A stretch of DNA of 64,000 bases, from assembly GCA_963806185.1 (NCBI GenBank), contig CAWDXE010000007.1, positions 96,001 to 160,000 of the forward strand, written 5' to 3'. The notes under the pieces are model-generated. The model was not told the origin of the DNA. It worked only from the letters and a program-made list of their open reading frames with translations, and ran no database searches. The position numbers and the translations under genes are program-made. Positions 21,581 through 32,000 of this stretch are shown here, piece by piece (position 1 is the first letter of the stretch; each line of letters starts with the position of its first letter). Origin of the DNA: an uncultured candidate division Zixibacteria bacterium (GTDB lineage: Bacteria; Zixibacteria; MSB-5A5; GN15; FEB-12).

Positions 21581-21750
21581 ACCACTGCAACGGAGGGCAA
21601 GCAAGGTGCCCGGCGGGTGACAGTTAGAATCGGTTGGGTATCCGATCCGTCGCCTTAAGCGAATCGGCAGGGCTCGCGGCGACTCGTCGCGCAGTGGAGG
21701 GGTTTCTGCCCGGTCGAATCCGCGGGGTTTTCAGCCAACATAAGAGAGCT

Positions 21751-22043
21751 GAGAATTCGCCACGGCGCGAAGCGCGCCTCGCGATGGCGGGTATGATAGC
21801 TCAGTGTACATTGAGATGCTGAAGCCCGATAAGAATTGGCTTCAGCATGACAATTTTATAGGCTCCCGCTCAAGGCAGGGGTGACATTGGGGGAGAGATG
21901 TGCCCCATGGATTCTGGACCTTCGGTCCAGAATGACAAGGGAGGGGGGGAAGTGGACTTCGAGATTCTGAAGCCTGACAGGCCAATCTGGCGCTTGCCCT
22001 GTCAGACTCCGGAATGACAAAGGTTGCGGGTTCAGGATGACGA
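21751..22043. repeat. Cluster of REP/RPE-like palindromic elements (GAT.CTG...CAG.ATGACA)
   Basis: Hairpins at 21813-21852, 21908-21937 and 21961-22019, with degenerate copies at 21751-21798, 21859-21886 and 22028-22043. All end in (A/G)TGA(C/T). Confidence 0.7.
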
Positions 22044-22185
22044 TGAGGGGAGATGGTCGGGCGTGGCGCACGAGACGTACGCCACGCACGGAATGGCTTC
22101 TTGCCAGGTTGACGTTTTTTGGGTGGGCGTTGCCGGAGAGAGGGATACCGGTTATATTACCAGTTATCAAAAACGGGAGAAATCA

Positions 22186-22530
22186 ATGACCGACCGTGTA
22201 GAACAATGGCAGGAAGAGCGCAGGAAGCTCAACGAAATCGTCCTGGGGCGCAAGGACCTGAATATCAAGCGGTTCTTCGGAATCGATTCGGCAGTCTACC
22301 GCGACGGGGGATTGGACGCCAAGACCAAAGAACTGCTGGGGCTTGTTGCATCATTGGTTCTTCGCTGTGACGACTGCATAACGTATCACGTCATACGAGC
22401 GCATGAATGTCAAACTACTGATACTGAATTCGACGAGGTCATGTCAATCGGCCTGGTGGTGGGAGGATCGATCACCATTCCTCACCTTCGCCGCGCCTTT
22501 CGCACCTGGACTGAACTTCAACAGAAATAA
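22186..22530 (+). CDS. Carboxymuconolactone decarboxylase/AhpD family protein
   Basis: LDAKTKELLGL...RCDDCITYH. Confidence 0.9.
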   Translation: MTDRVEQWQEERRKLNEIVLGRKDLNIKRFFGIDSAVYRDGGLDAKTKELLGLVASLVLRCDDCITYHVIRAHECQTTDTEFDEVMSIGLVVGGSITIPHLRRAFRTWTELQQK

Positions 22531-22533
22531 CCT

Positions 22534-23424
22534 ATGAAACAAGTCATCATCGCACTTCTCCTGGTCGCCGCAACGTCGAGTCTCGCCGCGGCCGAAGGCA
22601 CAATTAATACCGCGCAGCGGCCGATTGAATGGTACCTTCAGCAGTATCCGTTCATTCAGTACAAGGGAGTTATTTTCTCCTTTGAGAATCAGTTTGACTG
22701 GCCGAGCGGGTTTGCGCGCGTGGATTCGGCCAAGTTGACGCCTTACCAGTTCTGGATTTCCAATCTTCCACTCTGGTTTAAGGATCGTCCGGTCGGATCA
22801 CTCAAGCACGGCACGGTTCAGAAGGCGGATTCGATTTCGCGCGTGGTGCACTTGCCGTGGCGCACAATCAAGTTTTCCGACAAAATCATCCCCCTGCATT
22901 TGACGGCCGATTACCTTTTCGTAAAAGGGCAAGATGACAAACTGTCGGCCATTACCCTGTCGGGCGATACCATTACGTTTGACCGGTATCTCTCCGGTAC
23001 GGTAGGTTACGGCCCGAGGCAGGAGATTCGCTGGACACCCGTCAAGCGACGGCCACCGACGGAAGCCGAATACGACAGGTGCGTCGGGCTCATTGCTGAT
23101 AACACGACCTATCGCAGCCTATTGCACAATTGCGTGTCGATAGCCGAGAGCGATGTCCTGCCCGGTGATTTCTATATCACCTGCGATTCGACCGGAGAGC
23201 GCGGCAGAGTTGCGGTCGCGCTCGTGACGATCGAAAATGCCAACGGTCATCGACTGTATATCTTTGGCACCGGCTGTGCCAACGAATGCGACTTTCATAT
23301 TCCGTTATTCAATAACCGGCGGGATTATCCCTGGACGACCACTGAAGAAGTAGTGAAGCGGTTTGGACCAGCGATGGCGATCAGCGGTTTTTATCGGATC
23401 AAGCTTCCCGAGCTAAAGCGCTGA
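22534..23424 (+). CDS. Exported DUF4846-like protein
   Basis: Signal peptide; PSGFARV, ISNLPL, LTADYLF and LPGDFYI resemble DUF4846. Confidence 0.6.
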   Translation: MKQVIIALLLVAATSSLAAAEGTINTAQRPIEWYLQQYPFIQYKGVIFSFENQFDWPSGFARVDSAKLTPYQFWISNLPLWFKDRPVGSLKHGTVQKADSISRVVHLPWRTIKFSDKIIPLHLTADYLFVKGQDDKLSAITLSGDTITFDRYLSGTVGYGPRQEIRWTPVKRRPPTEAEYDRCVGLIADNTTYRSLLHNCVSIAESDVLPGDFYITCDSTGERGRVAVALVTIENANGHRLYIFGTGCANECDFHIPLFNNRRDYPWTTTEEVVKRFGPAMAISGFYRIKLPELKR

Positions 23425-23479
23425 CATTCGTGGTTTTTTGTTGCCATGCTTGTCGCTATTGGGGTATCGTGCTGGTGTC

Positions 23480-24688
23480 ATGAATCTCAAATTGTCTTTC
23501 GTCCTATCTTCAATCGTCGCAGTCGGCGTGACGAGCGGATCGGCTGCCGTGCGAACAGTCGGGCGTGGCGCTGATCTGCAGGCCGCCATCATGTCGGCTC
23601 GGAGCGGCGATACGTTGAGATTGTCGGCCGACAGTTTTGTCGCCAAGCCGACGATGTTCACCGACACGCTTTGCGGGAATTGCCAGGATCCGCGCACCAA
23701 GGTGGCGGCGAGCTTCGGTTTTCGCGTTGCGAATAAGGCACTGGTTATCATAGGCGCTAGTCGGGGAAAGACACGACTGGTAACCAACGCCGGGTACGGG
23801 CTGTTTTTTGATAATGCCGGGAGTAGTGCGCTCTTCAATCTGACAGTCACCGGCGGCATGCGTGACGCCGACGGCAGTGCCACCGATGCGGGGATTGTCG
23901 TGCGCAACAGCCGGGTGACGGTCGAGCAGTGTGATATCAGAGAAAACAAGCGGCGGATTGATTCGGTAATCGTCGGGATCGGGGGCGTATTTGGCCGCGA
24001 GGGGGCGGAGTTGACGGTCAGCAACTGCAATATTGTCGGCAACACGTGGGACGGGATAGCGCTCTATCGCGGGGCGAATGCGGTAGTGTCGGATTGCCTG
24101 ATCAAGGATGGACGCGGGGTAGGGATCGGCGTGACGTGGGACGCCAATTGTGATGCGTATCGGAACGAGGTGACCGGGTATTGGAAAGGGATAGGATCGT
24201 TTGGTACGTCGAATGTAACGGCGCGAAACAACCTGGTGCACCGAAACCTGGGGTGGGGAATTATTGCGACCGGCGAGTCATCGATGGAGGCGACGAACAA
24301 CGTCGTTTATCATAACGGCAATTGCGGCGTGGCGTCGTGGGGAACTGACGCGCGGGGGAAATTCATAAACAATGTCATCGTCGACAATGGTTGGCGGGAT
24401 CAGTGGGTCTGTCCTTGTGTCGGTGTCTGGAATTACGGGGACTGGTCGAAGTGGGTCTTTCGGAACAACATCATCTGGGGAAACAAGGCCAACCAGTTTG
24501 AGGGGATTTGGGATCAGACCGAGGTGGGGGGAAATCTATCAGTCGATCCGCAGTTTGCCGACGACGGCACGTTTGCGCTCAAAGACAGCTCACCAGCGAT
24601 ACATGCCGGGGATTCGACGATTTACAATTTGGACGGTACGCGGTCTCACATCGGCCTGACCGGTGGCGGCCGGGCAGATCGCAAGTAG
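23480..24688 (+). CDS. Exported right-handed parallel beta-helix protein
   Basis: Signal peptide, NNxxxxNxxxGI repeats and DPQF...SSPAIHAG. Confidence 0.85.
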   Translation: MNLKLSFVLSSIVAVGVTSGSAAVRTVGRGADLQAAIMSARSGDTLRLSADSFVAKPTMFTDTLCGNCQDPRTKVAASFGFRVANKALVIIGASRGKTRLVTNAGYGLFFDNAGSSALFNLTVTGGMRDADGSATDAGIVVRNSRVTVEQCDIRENKRRIDSVIVGIGGVFGREGAELTVSNCNIVGNTWDGIALYRGANAVVSDCLIKDGRGVGIGVTWDANCDAYRNEVTGYWKGIGSFGTSNVTARNNLVHRNLGWGIIATGESSMEATNNVVYHNGNCGVASWGTDARGKFINNVIVDNGWRDQWVCPCVGVWNYGDWSKWVFRNNIIWGNKANQFEGIWDQTEVGGNLSVDPQFADDGTFALKDSSPAIHAGDSTIYNLDGTRSHIGLTGGGRADRK

Positions 24689-24805
24689 TTGGAAATCAAT
24701 CGGGTCAAGATATTGGAGAATCAGACTCAGGTTTGGGGCTGGGCGAGCCGAAACTGAGAGATATTCACAGCAGTTTTCATAGTTCCGGAAAGAGAGGAAT
24801 TCCAC

Positions 24806-25735
24806 ATGAGACGACTCACGATTTTGTCCCTTTGCGCTATTGTCATCGGAGCGCTGGTCATTGCTCTGGGCTGCAGTTCCGACAAATCGACCAATGAGCC
24901 GTTGCCGCAGCCGAATCAGGCGACGGCCGATTTTGTGGCGTCCTCAGTGGGGACCTCGCTGATTGATGGCGCCAATGAGTCAATTCATCAGACGCTGGAA
25001 TTATTCGATTTCCCGGTGGGGTCACCGAATCGCCCCAGTATCGGCAGCTTGCGGGCGGCGGATTCATCGGCATTCGATACGGTGATCTACACCTACACCG
25101 ACGGACACCACGCGTTCTATTTTGTTTCGTCAGTAACGGAGACGCTGGGCAGCGACACGCTTTGGACCGCAACGCTTCGCGGCTGGGATACGGTGACATT
25201 GTGGAATAACGGTGTTGCTCAGCCTGACCGGGACACCACGACTGATTCAATCCGCGCCAATCTGGTGGTGGAATATGCGCAGTCGGGACCCGGCTTCGAG
25301 ATTATGGCGTGGCGCAAGCATGGAGTGGGCGTTGACGGCAATCCGTGGACGGATTCGTCGTTCGGGGTGGACGGCAGTCTTCTGGATTCGGCCCGATTTT
25401 CGATCAGTAATGACAGCGGCTCTTGCGAATTGAAGACACATTCGACCGGCAGCGTTGTAGACGTAGTGCTGGATAGTAATGTGATCTATAACGACGCCTG
25501 TCCGTCGTCGGGCGGGCTCAATTTCAATGCTGCGCTGGCGCTCACTTGCCAGGGGAACGGCGGCAGCGGGATGCAGAGTCTGACGATCAACGGCAACTGG
25601 GGAATCGATGTGACCTGGGATGGCGTGGTGCAGACGACGCACCTGACGCACAATGGGGCGGTGTTTAATTCGACGGACTCCTGCGGCACGGAACCGTCGT
25701 TGGCCAAGCTTGGGCCATGGCTGCAGGCACGTTAG
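24806..25735 (+). CDS. Hypothetical lipoprotein
   Basis: Lipobox IALGC followed by SSDKST; AGAGGA RBS. Confidence 0.8.
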   Translation: MRRLTILSLCAIVIGALVIALGCSSDKSTNEPLPQPNQATADFVASSVGTSLIDGANESIHQTLELFDFPVGSPNRPSIGSLRAADSSAFDTVIYTYTDGHHAFYFVSSVTETLGSDTLWTATLRGWDTVTLWNNGVAQPDRDTTTDSIRANLVVEYAQSGPGFEIMAWRKHGVGVDGNPWTDSSFGVDGSLLDSARFSISNDSGSCELKTHSTGSVVDVVLDSNVIYNDACPSSGGLNFNAALALTCQGNGGSGMQSLTINGNWGIDVTWDGVVQTTHLTHNGAVFNSTDSCGTEPSLAKLGPWLQAR

Positions 25736-25791
25736 TAAGATTCCTGAATTACGCCGATAGCGTGATGGCAGTGCGCACTGCCGGGAATGCG

Positions 25792-25823
25792 AGCGCCCCG
25801 AGGGACCGGGGCGCTTTTGTTTT
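25792..25823 (+). terminator. Rho-independent terminator
   Basis: AGCGCCCCG-AGGGAC-CGGGGCGCT followed by TTTGTTTT. Confidence 0.75.
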
Positions 25824-25910
25824 GGGTGAGGCCGATGCGGGGCGGGCGATGAGGGAGAGGGCTTGACTTGGGGTAGTGAAAGCGGCATTTTCCTTGAGCG
25901 ATCGAAGAAC

Positions 25911-25995
25911 GGAGGAGTGGCTGAGTGGTCGAAAGCGGCGGTCTTGAAAACCGTTGTACCGCAAGGTACCGTGGGTTCGAATCCTACCTCCTCCG
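25911..25995 (+). tRNA. tRNA-Ser(TGA)
   Basis: GGAGGAG/CTCCTCC acceptor stem, anticodon loop CT-TGA-AA, long variable arm GTACCGCAAGGTAC, GTTCGAATC T-loop and G discriminator. CCA is not encoded. Confidence 0.96.
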
Positions 25996-26801
25996 CTTGT
26001 AACCCATTACAATGTAGTCATTTCGACTTGTTCTCGGGCTGAAGGCTTCTTTGGGCTCCTCCGCCGATCAGACTTATGGAATTTTTGCGGATTGATGTCT
26101 GCCCAGAAGGGGGAGAGATTCCTCCTCTCAACTCACACTGCTGATTGAGTTCCTTTGGCACGGTAACAGTCGATCAAATGGTCGGTCGGTTTATTGACCT
26201 CTCTGTACTTCCCGTTAGAACCCATTGAAGTGCTCAAGAATCGGGCAACGTGGATTGCCCCACACCTGCTCGCTATCTCAATACTCGATCCTCTCAATTG
26301 GCGGAACGCGGCATTGTCACGTGATGCCGCTGAGACGAAAAGATGGTTCGAACGGATAGCTGTCCTTGGGCGCGAAACAATATTGGGAGTTGCCAAATCC
26401 TGCACAGGGCGGTACCGCCCTTTTCCAAGCGTACCTCAAGAGAAATACTAATATGAGGGCAACAAACGCGCGATTTAGAATCGATCACCAGCGGGTTCGA
26501 AGGGTTTGTACTCTACGTTTCGCGACAAACTGGACGAAAACTCAGATTGAATTCGGTCTGAATTTCAAGTGGCGTGGAGCACCGCGACAATCAATCCGCC
26601 TGGTATCTGTGCTCACCCAAATTGCCCGATGGCAGCAGTTCAATGCGCCTGGAGAGATGCGATGCGATCTCCACTATCACTTCGGGCGAATGAACTGTGG
26701 GGCGATGGGCAGCCTTGCAGTCTTGACATTCAGATTCTCACAGCATTTATTTAATGAATAGAATTTTCAGGAATGGCGCTTCGAGAGGAGAGTCTGCCGG
26801 G

Positions 26802-28124
26802 ATGGGTAAAGTTCGAAGGAAATCAGCAATTCCAGTTGAAGAAGAGGGGCATCCCCACTTAAGTGAACACCAATCGGCATTCGACAATGCGCTGAGGCAA
26901 TTTGACCGGGCGGCTCACATTATCAATTTGTCCCCGGATCAGATCGCGATGATTAAGGAGCCTCGCAAGATTGCGCAAGTGGAACTTCCCGTCCGCATGG
27001 ACGACGGCCGTATTCGTTTATTTACCGGCTATCGTGTTCAGCATTCTGTCGCCCGCGGACCGGCAAAGGGCGGCGTGCGCTTCCATCCGCAGGTGACACT
27101 TGACGAAGTCAAGGCGCTGGCATTCTGGATGACGTTCAAGTGTGCGACGATCGGCATCCCGATGGGCGGAGGCAAAGGCGGCGTGGTGGTCGATCCGCGG
27201 CAACTTAGCGATGGTGAGTTGGAGCGCCTCTCGCGACGATACTTCGCAGATTTGATCGACATGTTCGGTCCCGATCGGGATGTCCCAGCTCCCGATGTTA
27301 ACACCAATCCCCAGATCATGGCCTGGTTCATGGATACATACTCAATGCACTTCGGCGGCGACTATCTGCCCGCAGTCGTCACCGGCAAACCACTGGAGCT
27401 GGGCGGGTCGGAAGGGCGCGGTTCGGCGACGGCACAGGGCATGGTGTTTTGTGTCGTGCGTGCAGCCGCACACCTCAAGATGAACCTCGCGAAAGCGTCC
27501 GTAGCTATCCAGGGGTTTGGTAACGCAGGATCCCATTCTGCGCTTCTTCTTCACGATCAAGGATGCACGATTCAGGCAATTTCGGATATTGATGGCGCCT
27601 TCTACAATCCCAAAGGTATCGACCCTAAGATGGCCATCACCTATCTGGCAAAGCACAAATCCTTGAAAGGATTCCATACGCAGGCAGAAGTGGAGAGTAT
27701 CACCAATCCGATGGATCTGCTTGAATTGCCCGTTGACATCCTCATCCCTGCCGCCCTTGAGAACCAGATTACCGCAAAGAACGCATCCAAAATCAAGGCG
27801 AAGATTATCGCCGAGTGCGCCAACGGTCCATGCACACCGGAAGCGGATGATATTCTGGAGAAGAAGAAGACATTCGTCATTCCCGATATTCTCTGCAATG
27901 CCGGCGGAGTCGGAGTCTCATACCTGGAATGGGTCCAAAATCGAATGGGATATTATTGGACCATCGAGAATGTCCAGAAGGATTTGAAACAGATGATGGA
28001 CCAAGCGTTTGACGTCGTACTTGAGACATCACTCAAACACAAGGTGCCAATGCGGACGGCAGCCTTCGTTGTCGCCATTCAGCGAGTTGCCCGAGCCGCC
28101 GAATTACGGGGGCTATACGCCTGA
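26802..28124 (+). CDS. gdh: Glu/Leu/Phe/Val dehydrogenase (likely NAD-type glutamate dehydrogenase)
   Basis: GPAKGGVRF, GGGKGG, DVPAPDVNT, VTGK, QGFGNAG and ANGP; GAGGAG RBS. Confidence 0.93.
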   Translation: MGKVRRKSAIPVEEEGHPHLSEHQSAFDNALRQFDRAAHIINLSPDQIAMIKEPRKIAQVELPVRMDDGRIRLFTGYRVQHSVARGPAKGGVRFHPQVTLDEVKALAFWMTFKCATIGIPMGGGKGGVVVDPRQLSDGELERLSRRYFADLIDMFGPDRDVPAPDVNTNPQIMAWFMDTYSMHFGGDYLPAVVTGKPLELGGSEGRGSATAQGMVFCVVRAAAHLKMNLAKASVAIQGFGNAGSHSALLLHDQGCTIQAISDIDGAFYNPKGIDPKMAITYLAKHKSLKGFHTQAEVESITNPMDLLELPVDILIPAALENQITAKNASKIKAKIIAECANGPCTPEADDILEKKKTFVIPDILCNAGGVGVSYLEWVQNRMGYYWTIENVQKDLKQMMDQAFDVVLETSLKHKVPMRTAAFVVAIQRVARAAELRGLYA

Positions 28125-28208
28125 CCTGGAATGAATGTCGAGGCAGATCGAAGCGAGTTACGGCTGATTTGACGACGGTCCGGTCCCGTGGATCCGTCCG
28201 GTGCGTTT

Positions 28209-29069
28209 ATGACTTGCTACTTCGTCTCTGATCTCCACGGTTCAATCGCCCGATATCAGAAACTCTTTGCCGCGATCCGGAAAGAAAAACCACAAGCGGT
28301 GTTTTGTGGCGGCGATCTGTTGCCGACAGGGCCGAAGGCACAGTCTTGGTCGTCCAGCCATTACCGCAACTTCGTGCATGATTTCCTCGCCCCCGCCTGC
28401 CTGGAGTTGAGAAGCGCAGTGGGGAATGCCTATCCGCGTATATTCATCATTCTCGGCAACGATGATCCCAAATCTCAGGAACCGTCGTTGTTGGATGGCG
28501 TCGAATGCGGTCAATGGGAGTATGTTCACGGCCGACGCGTTGCCTTCGGTGATTACCACGTGATGGGCTATAGTTGCGTACCGCCGACCCCTTTTCTACT
28601 TAAAGACTGGGAACGATACGATGTGTCACGGTTTATCGACGCCGGCTGCGTGTCGCCGGAAGAAGGTCGCTATTCTGTCGAAGTATCGCCTGGGGAGAAG
28701 AAATACTCGACTATCCAGGCAGAGCTTGAGAGTCTAGCCATAGGTTTCGATTTAGCCCGAACGATCTGCCTTTTTCATTCGCCGCCTTACCAATCCCACC
28801 TTGATCGCGCAGCACTTGACGGACGGATGGTAGACATGGCGCCGCTCGACGTTCATGTCGGAAGTATTGCCATACGGAGATTTATTGAAAAGCATCAGCC
28901 ATTCCTCACGCTTCATGGGCATGTACATGAAGCGGCCCGCCTGACGGGCTTCTGGCGCGATCAGATCGGCCGCACGGTGATGTTGACGGCGGCACACGAT
29001 GGCCCAGAGCTGGCTCTGGTAAAATTTGATCCCGAGAATCCTGCTGCGGCCGTGCGGGAGTTGCTCTAG
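28209..29069 (+). CDS. Calcineurin-like metallophosphoesterase
   Basis: SDLHG, GGDL, GNDD, HSPP and LHGHVHE. Confidence 0.9.
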   Translation: MTCYFVSDLHGSIARYQKLFAAIRKEKPQAVFCGGDLLPTGPKAQSWSSSHYRNFVHDFLAPACLELRSAVGNAYPRIFIILGNDDPKSQEPSLLDGVECGQWEYVHGRRVAFGDYHVMGYSCVPPTPFLLKDWERYDVSRFIDAGCVSPEEGRYSVEVSPGEKKYSTIQAELESLAIGFDLARTICLFHSPPYQSHLDRAALDGRMVDMAPLDVHVGSIAIRRFIEKHQPFLTLHGHVHEAARLTGFWRDQIGRTVMLTAAHDGPELALVKFDPENPAAAVRELL

Positions 29070-29076
29070 TTGGCCA

Positions 29077-32000
29077 TCACTTGTGCCCGAGCGGCAGACG
29101 GCGGGCCGGATCGGTCACGGCGTCGATCTTCGCGGCGAATGATGTATGTGCAGCAATGTCCTCGTCTGTCACGATGTGGACGTCAAGCAGGCCGCCCGTC
29201 CGATGGCCGGTATGCAAGTAGTTGACTTCATCCAGGCAAAGACTCCAACCGCTCAGCCAGGATAGCAGCATCTCCCTTTGGCACGTATCGCCCGCGAAAT
29301 GAATGAGAAGATCGATGTCGCTTGCCGGGCCTGCCGTGGCGTTCTTGCTGCTGCCAAATATGTACATGGCCTTGACACCGAATCGCTCTGCGTCCAGTTC
29401 AGACGAGATCCTTTCGGCCACCCGCAAGCGCCAGCGCCAAGGACTTTCCTGCTCCTCTTGATGCAATGGCTGATACACGGTCCCTTCTGCAGGCTGGCTC
29501 TTGGGCTGCGCTAAGAGTCCGATGGCCTCCTCTTGATCAGCATTCAGGAGTATTTGTAGTATCCGCCCTCCGGTAGCCTGCGGCACATCTATCACACGAA
29601 CGACATTTGCCAGCGACTCAAACTCCGGCAGGAGTTGACTCAGCATATTAGGTGATTCGGTGAAAAATGTTTCGTTGAACACATTGACCGGGTCATCGGG
29701 GTACAAAGGAAGATACCTGATATTCGCCTCCACCAGATCCTGGAAGAAATGCGTGCCGAACGAGAGGTCCGGAAGATAGTTTCCTTTTTTGCGCGCTACT
29801 TCAATCAGGCACGATGTATTGCTGACATCGGAGTAGGTAACACTGACGCCGAGCTTAATATCGCCGCGACTGCCCCAGCGCCCGGGACCGATCAATATGA
29901 ACTGTCGTTTCGGCAGCAATTTGTTCAACCGTCCCACTGCGCGTCCGACCGCAAGCAGTTGCTGACGGTCTGGAATCTCACCGTATTCCAGCGGATCGAC
30001 GTACACGATGTGCGTAATGTCAGGCACCCGGCCGTTGGAAATGTACTTGTTGGCCGTAAACACAATGTCCTTCGACGGCACACCCCGGGGAATCGGTGTC
30101 GAACTGCTTCGTTTGGAATAGCTCTGCGGACGACATTGGAGCAGATAGAAATCGGTACCGTCAGACGCAAACTCGATATCCACCGGCGTCCCAAACGTTT
30201 CTTGCAGCAGTTTAAGAATGGCCTGTATGCGTTTGATAAACGTTGTCTGCGTCAACATTCCTTCGAATGTCACCAACATCTGCCCCTCTTGCAAATCCAT
30301 ACCGGCATACGAGAGAGCATGACTGCGGTCTCCCTCAATCATCGACACCATGTCAGCAAGGTTGGGAATACTGTACCCCGATAACCGAAGCACGTCGGCG
30401 ACCGGTACTGTCTCAAACGCTCTGGTCCTGAGATTGATGAGATCGATGAAATGAGGTGAGTAGCGGATTTGCTCATCGAGCGACACATTGACGCGTAGTC
30501 CTGGTTGACCCGGAGCTACGAGAATCGGGTAATCATCAGTGAGACGATCCACCGCCCGGGTGCCCAGTCCGGGTACCAGGCGAATCAGACCGTCCTCACG
30601 TCTGATACGAGGTGACCATCTGAATTCGTTGTTGCTGAACGCCACACCTGCGAATGCCGGCATGAAATAATCACCGACCGTGATACCGACGACCTCCTGG
30701 ATCATGATGCCCATTTCCTCGTTGAAATCCAGTAGTCCGCGCTCAACTCTATATTCGACAGGATCGGGACCAAATGTGGATGCGTAAACTTCTGCAATGG
30801 CATCCTTCAAGGCATCCAGCCTCTCCTGCTTTGTGCCCTGGTTAGCAAGAAACAGGCTTTTGTATTTCCCCGAAAAAGCGGAGCCCATCCGATCCTCGAG
30901 CAAACTGGAACTACGGACGATGATGGGTACAATGCCCAGATCATCAAGCGCGACCGACAAACCCTGTACGATTTCCGGAGGGAAATTTGAGTGCTTGAAG
31001 GTCTGTACGATGTGAGGGTATTCGAGTCGGATCTGATCGAGTTCCTTGTATTTCTGCTCTACGATTTCCTCAAGATTGTTGTGGTACATGAAGCTTAACA
31101 GCGCATCGGACGTGATATACCACGTTCTAGGTACCTTGATGTCCGCCAACAAAGGTGAATCCTGCCCAGCCCGTTTCAGAATCTTTGCCGCCACATACAA
31201 GCCCGCACTTTTTCCGCCCAAATGGCCGCTGCTCTCCGCAGTGAAGATCACGTAGGGGAGAAGATCGTAAAAATCAGCCACCGTGACGAACCGCTTAGCA
31301 ACATCGACAAACTGCACCTGCTCGCTAAAGAAGCGCCTGACCAGCGCCGCGCTGACGCCGCGCTGAGTGGGACTGCGCGGCTCCATCTCCTGGGGAGCTA
31401 TACGCCGATACCGGCGAATGGCCTCCGCGACCTCGGAAAGGGTAAGATTCCGATTAAGCGCACGCACGAGAAATCGTTGTTTATCTTCTTGTATCCGCTT
31501 TTGTATGAATAGCAGTATTTCGGCATCACCAATTTCATCGGAAGCGATCTTGAATATCTCGTCGCTGAGGAAATCGTTTGACGTTGTCAGCATTTTGCGA
31601 TGAAGTGGAACGTTGGAGTCCCCGTCGGCCCCCTCAGATTCTTTGGTGGTACCAGCCGTGTAATACTGCTCCAGCTTCTTGGCGGCCTCGACACCGCACC
31701 AGCACAAGTGATTGAGAAGTTTGTGAGAAATACTGAAAAATAAGTCCTGATCGGTTTGGCGTAACATATCGACAACGCCCCGCCACTCCGGTCGTTGTTG
31801 TTTAGACACACTAGCCTGAACGGCCTGCCAGTCTTGATAAACCGCCCTCATCTGTCGATACATCAGGAAGTGACTCAATCGGTCGGCGATTGAGTGAATC
31901 AGGCGAGTTTCCTCTTTGAGAAACGGGCCGTGATCCACCGATTCCTTCTCCGTCGTATAATAAACGCTAATGCGTCCGATTACTTTCTCCTGAATTAAGA

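Noticed and set aside
21751..22090. CRISPR array
   Set aside because: The repeats are not identical, spacing is irregular and no cas genes are present.
26155..26170. Sigma-54 promoter (TGGCAC) for gdh
   Set aside because: No TTGC at the -12 position.
26000..26750. Integrase or short ORFs after the tRNA
   Set aside because: No recognisable recombinase motifs, and the short ORFs lack RBS or domain support.
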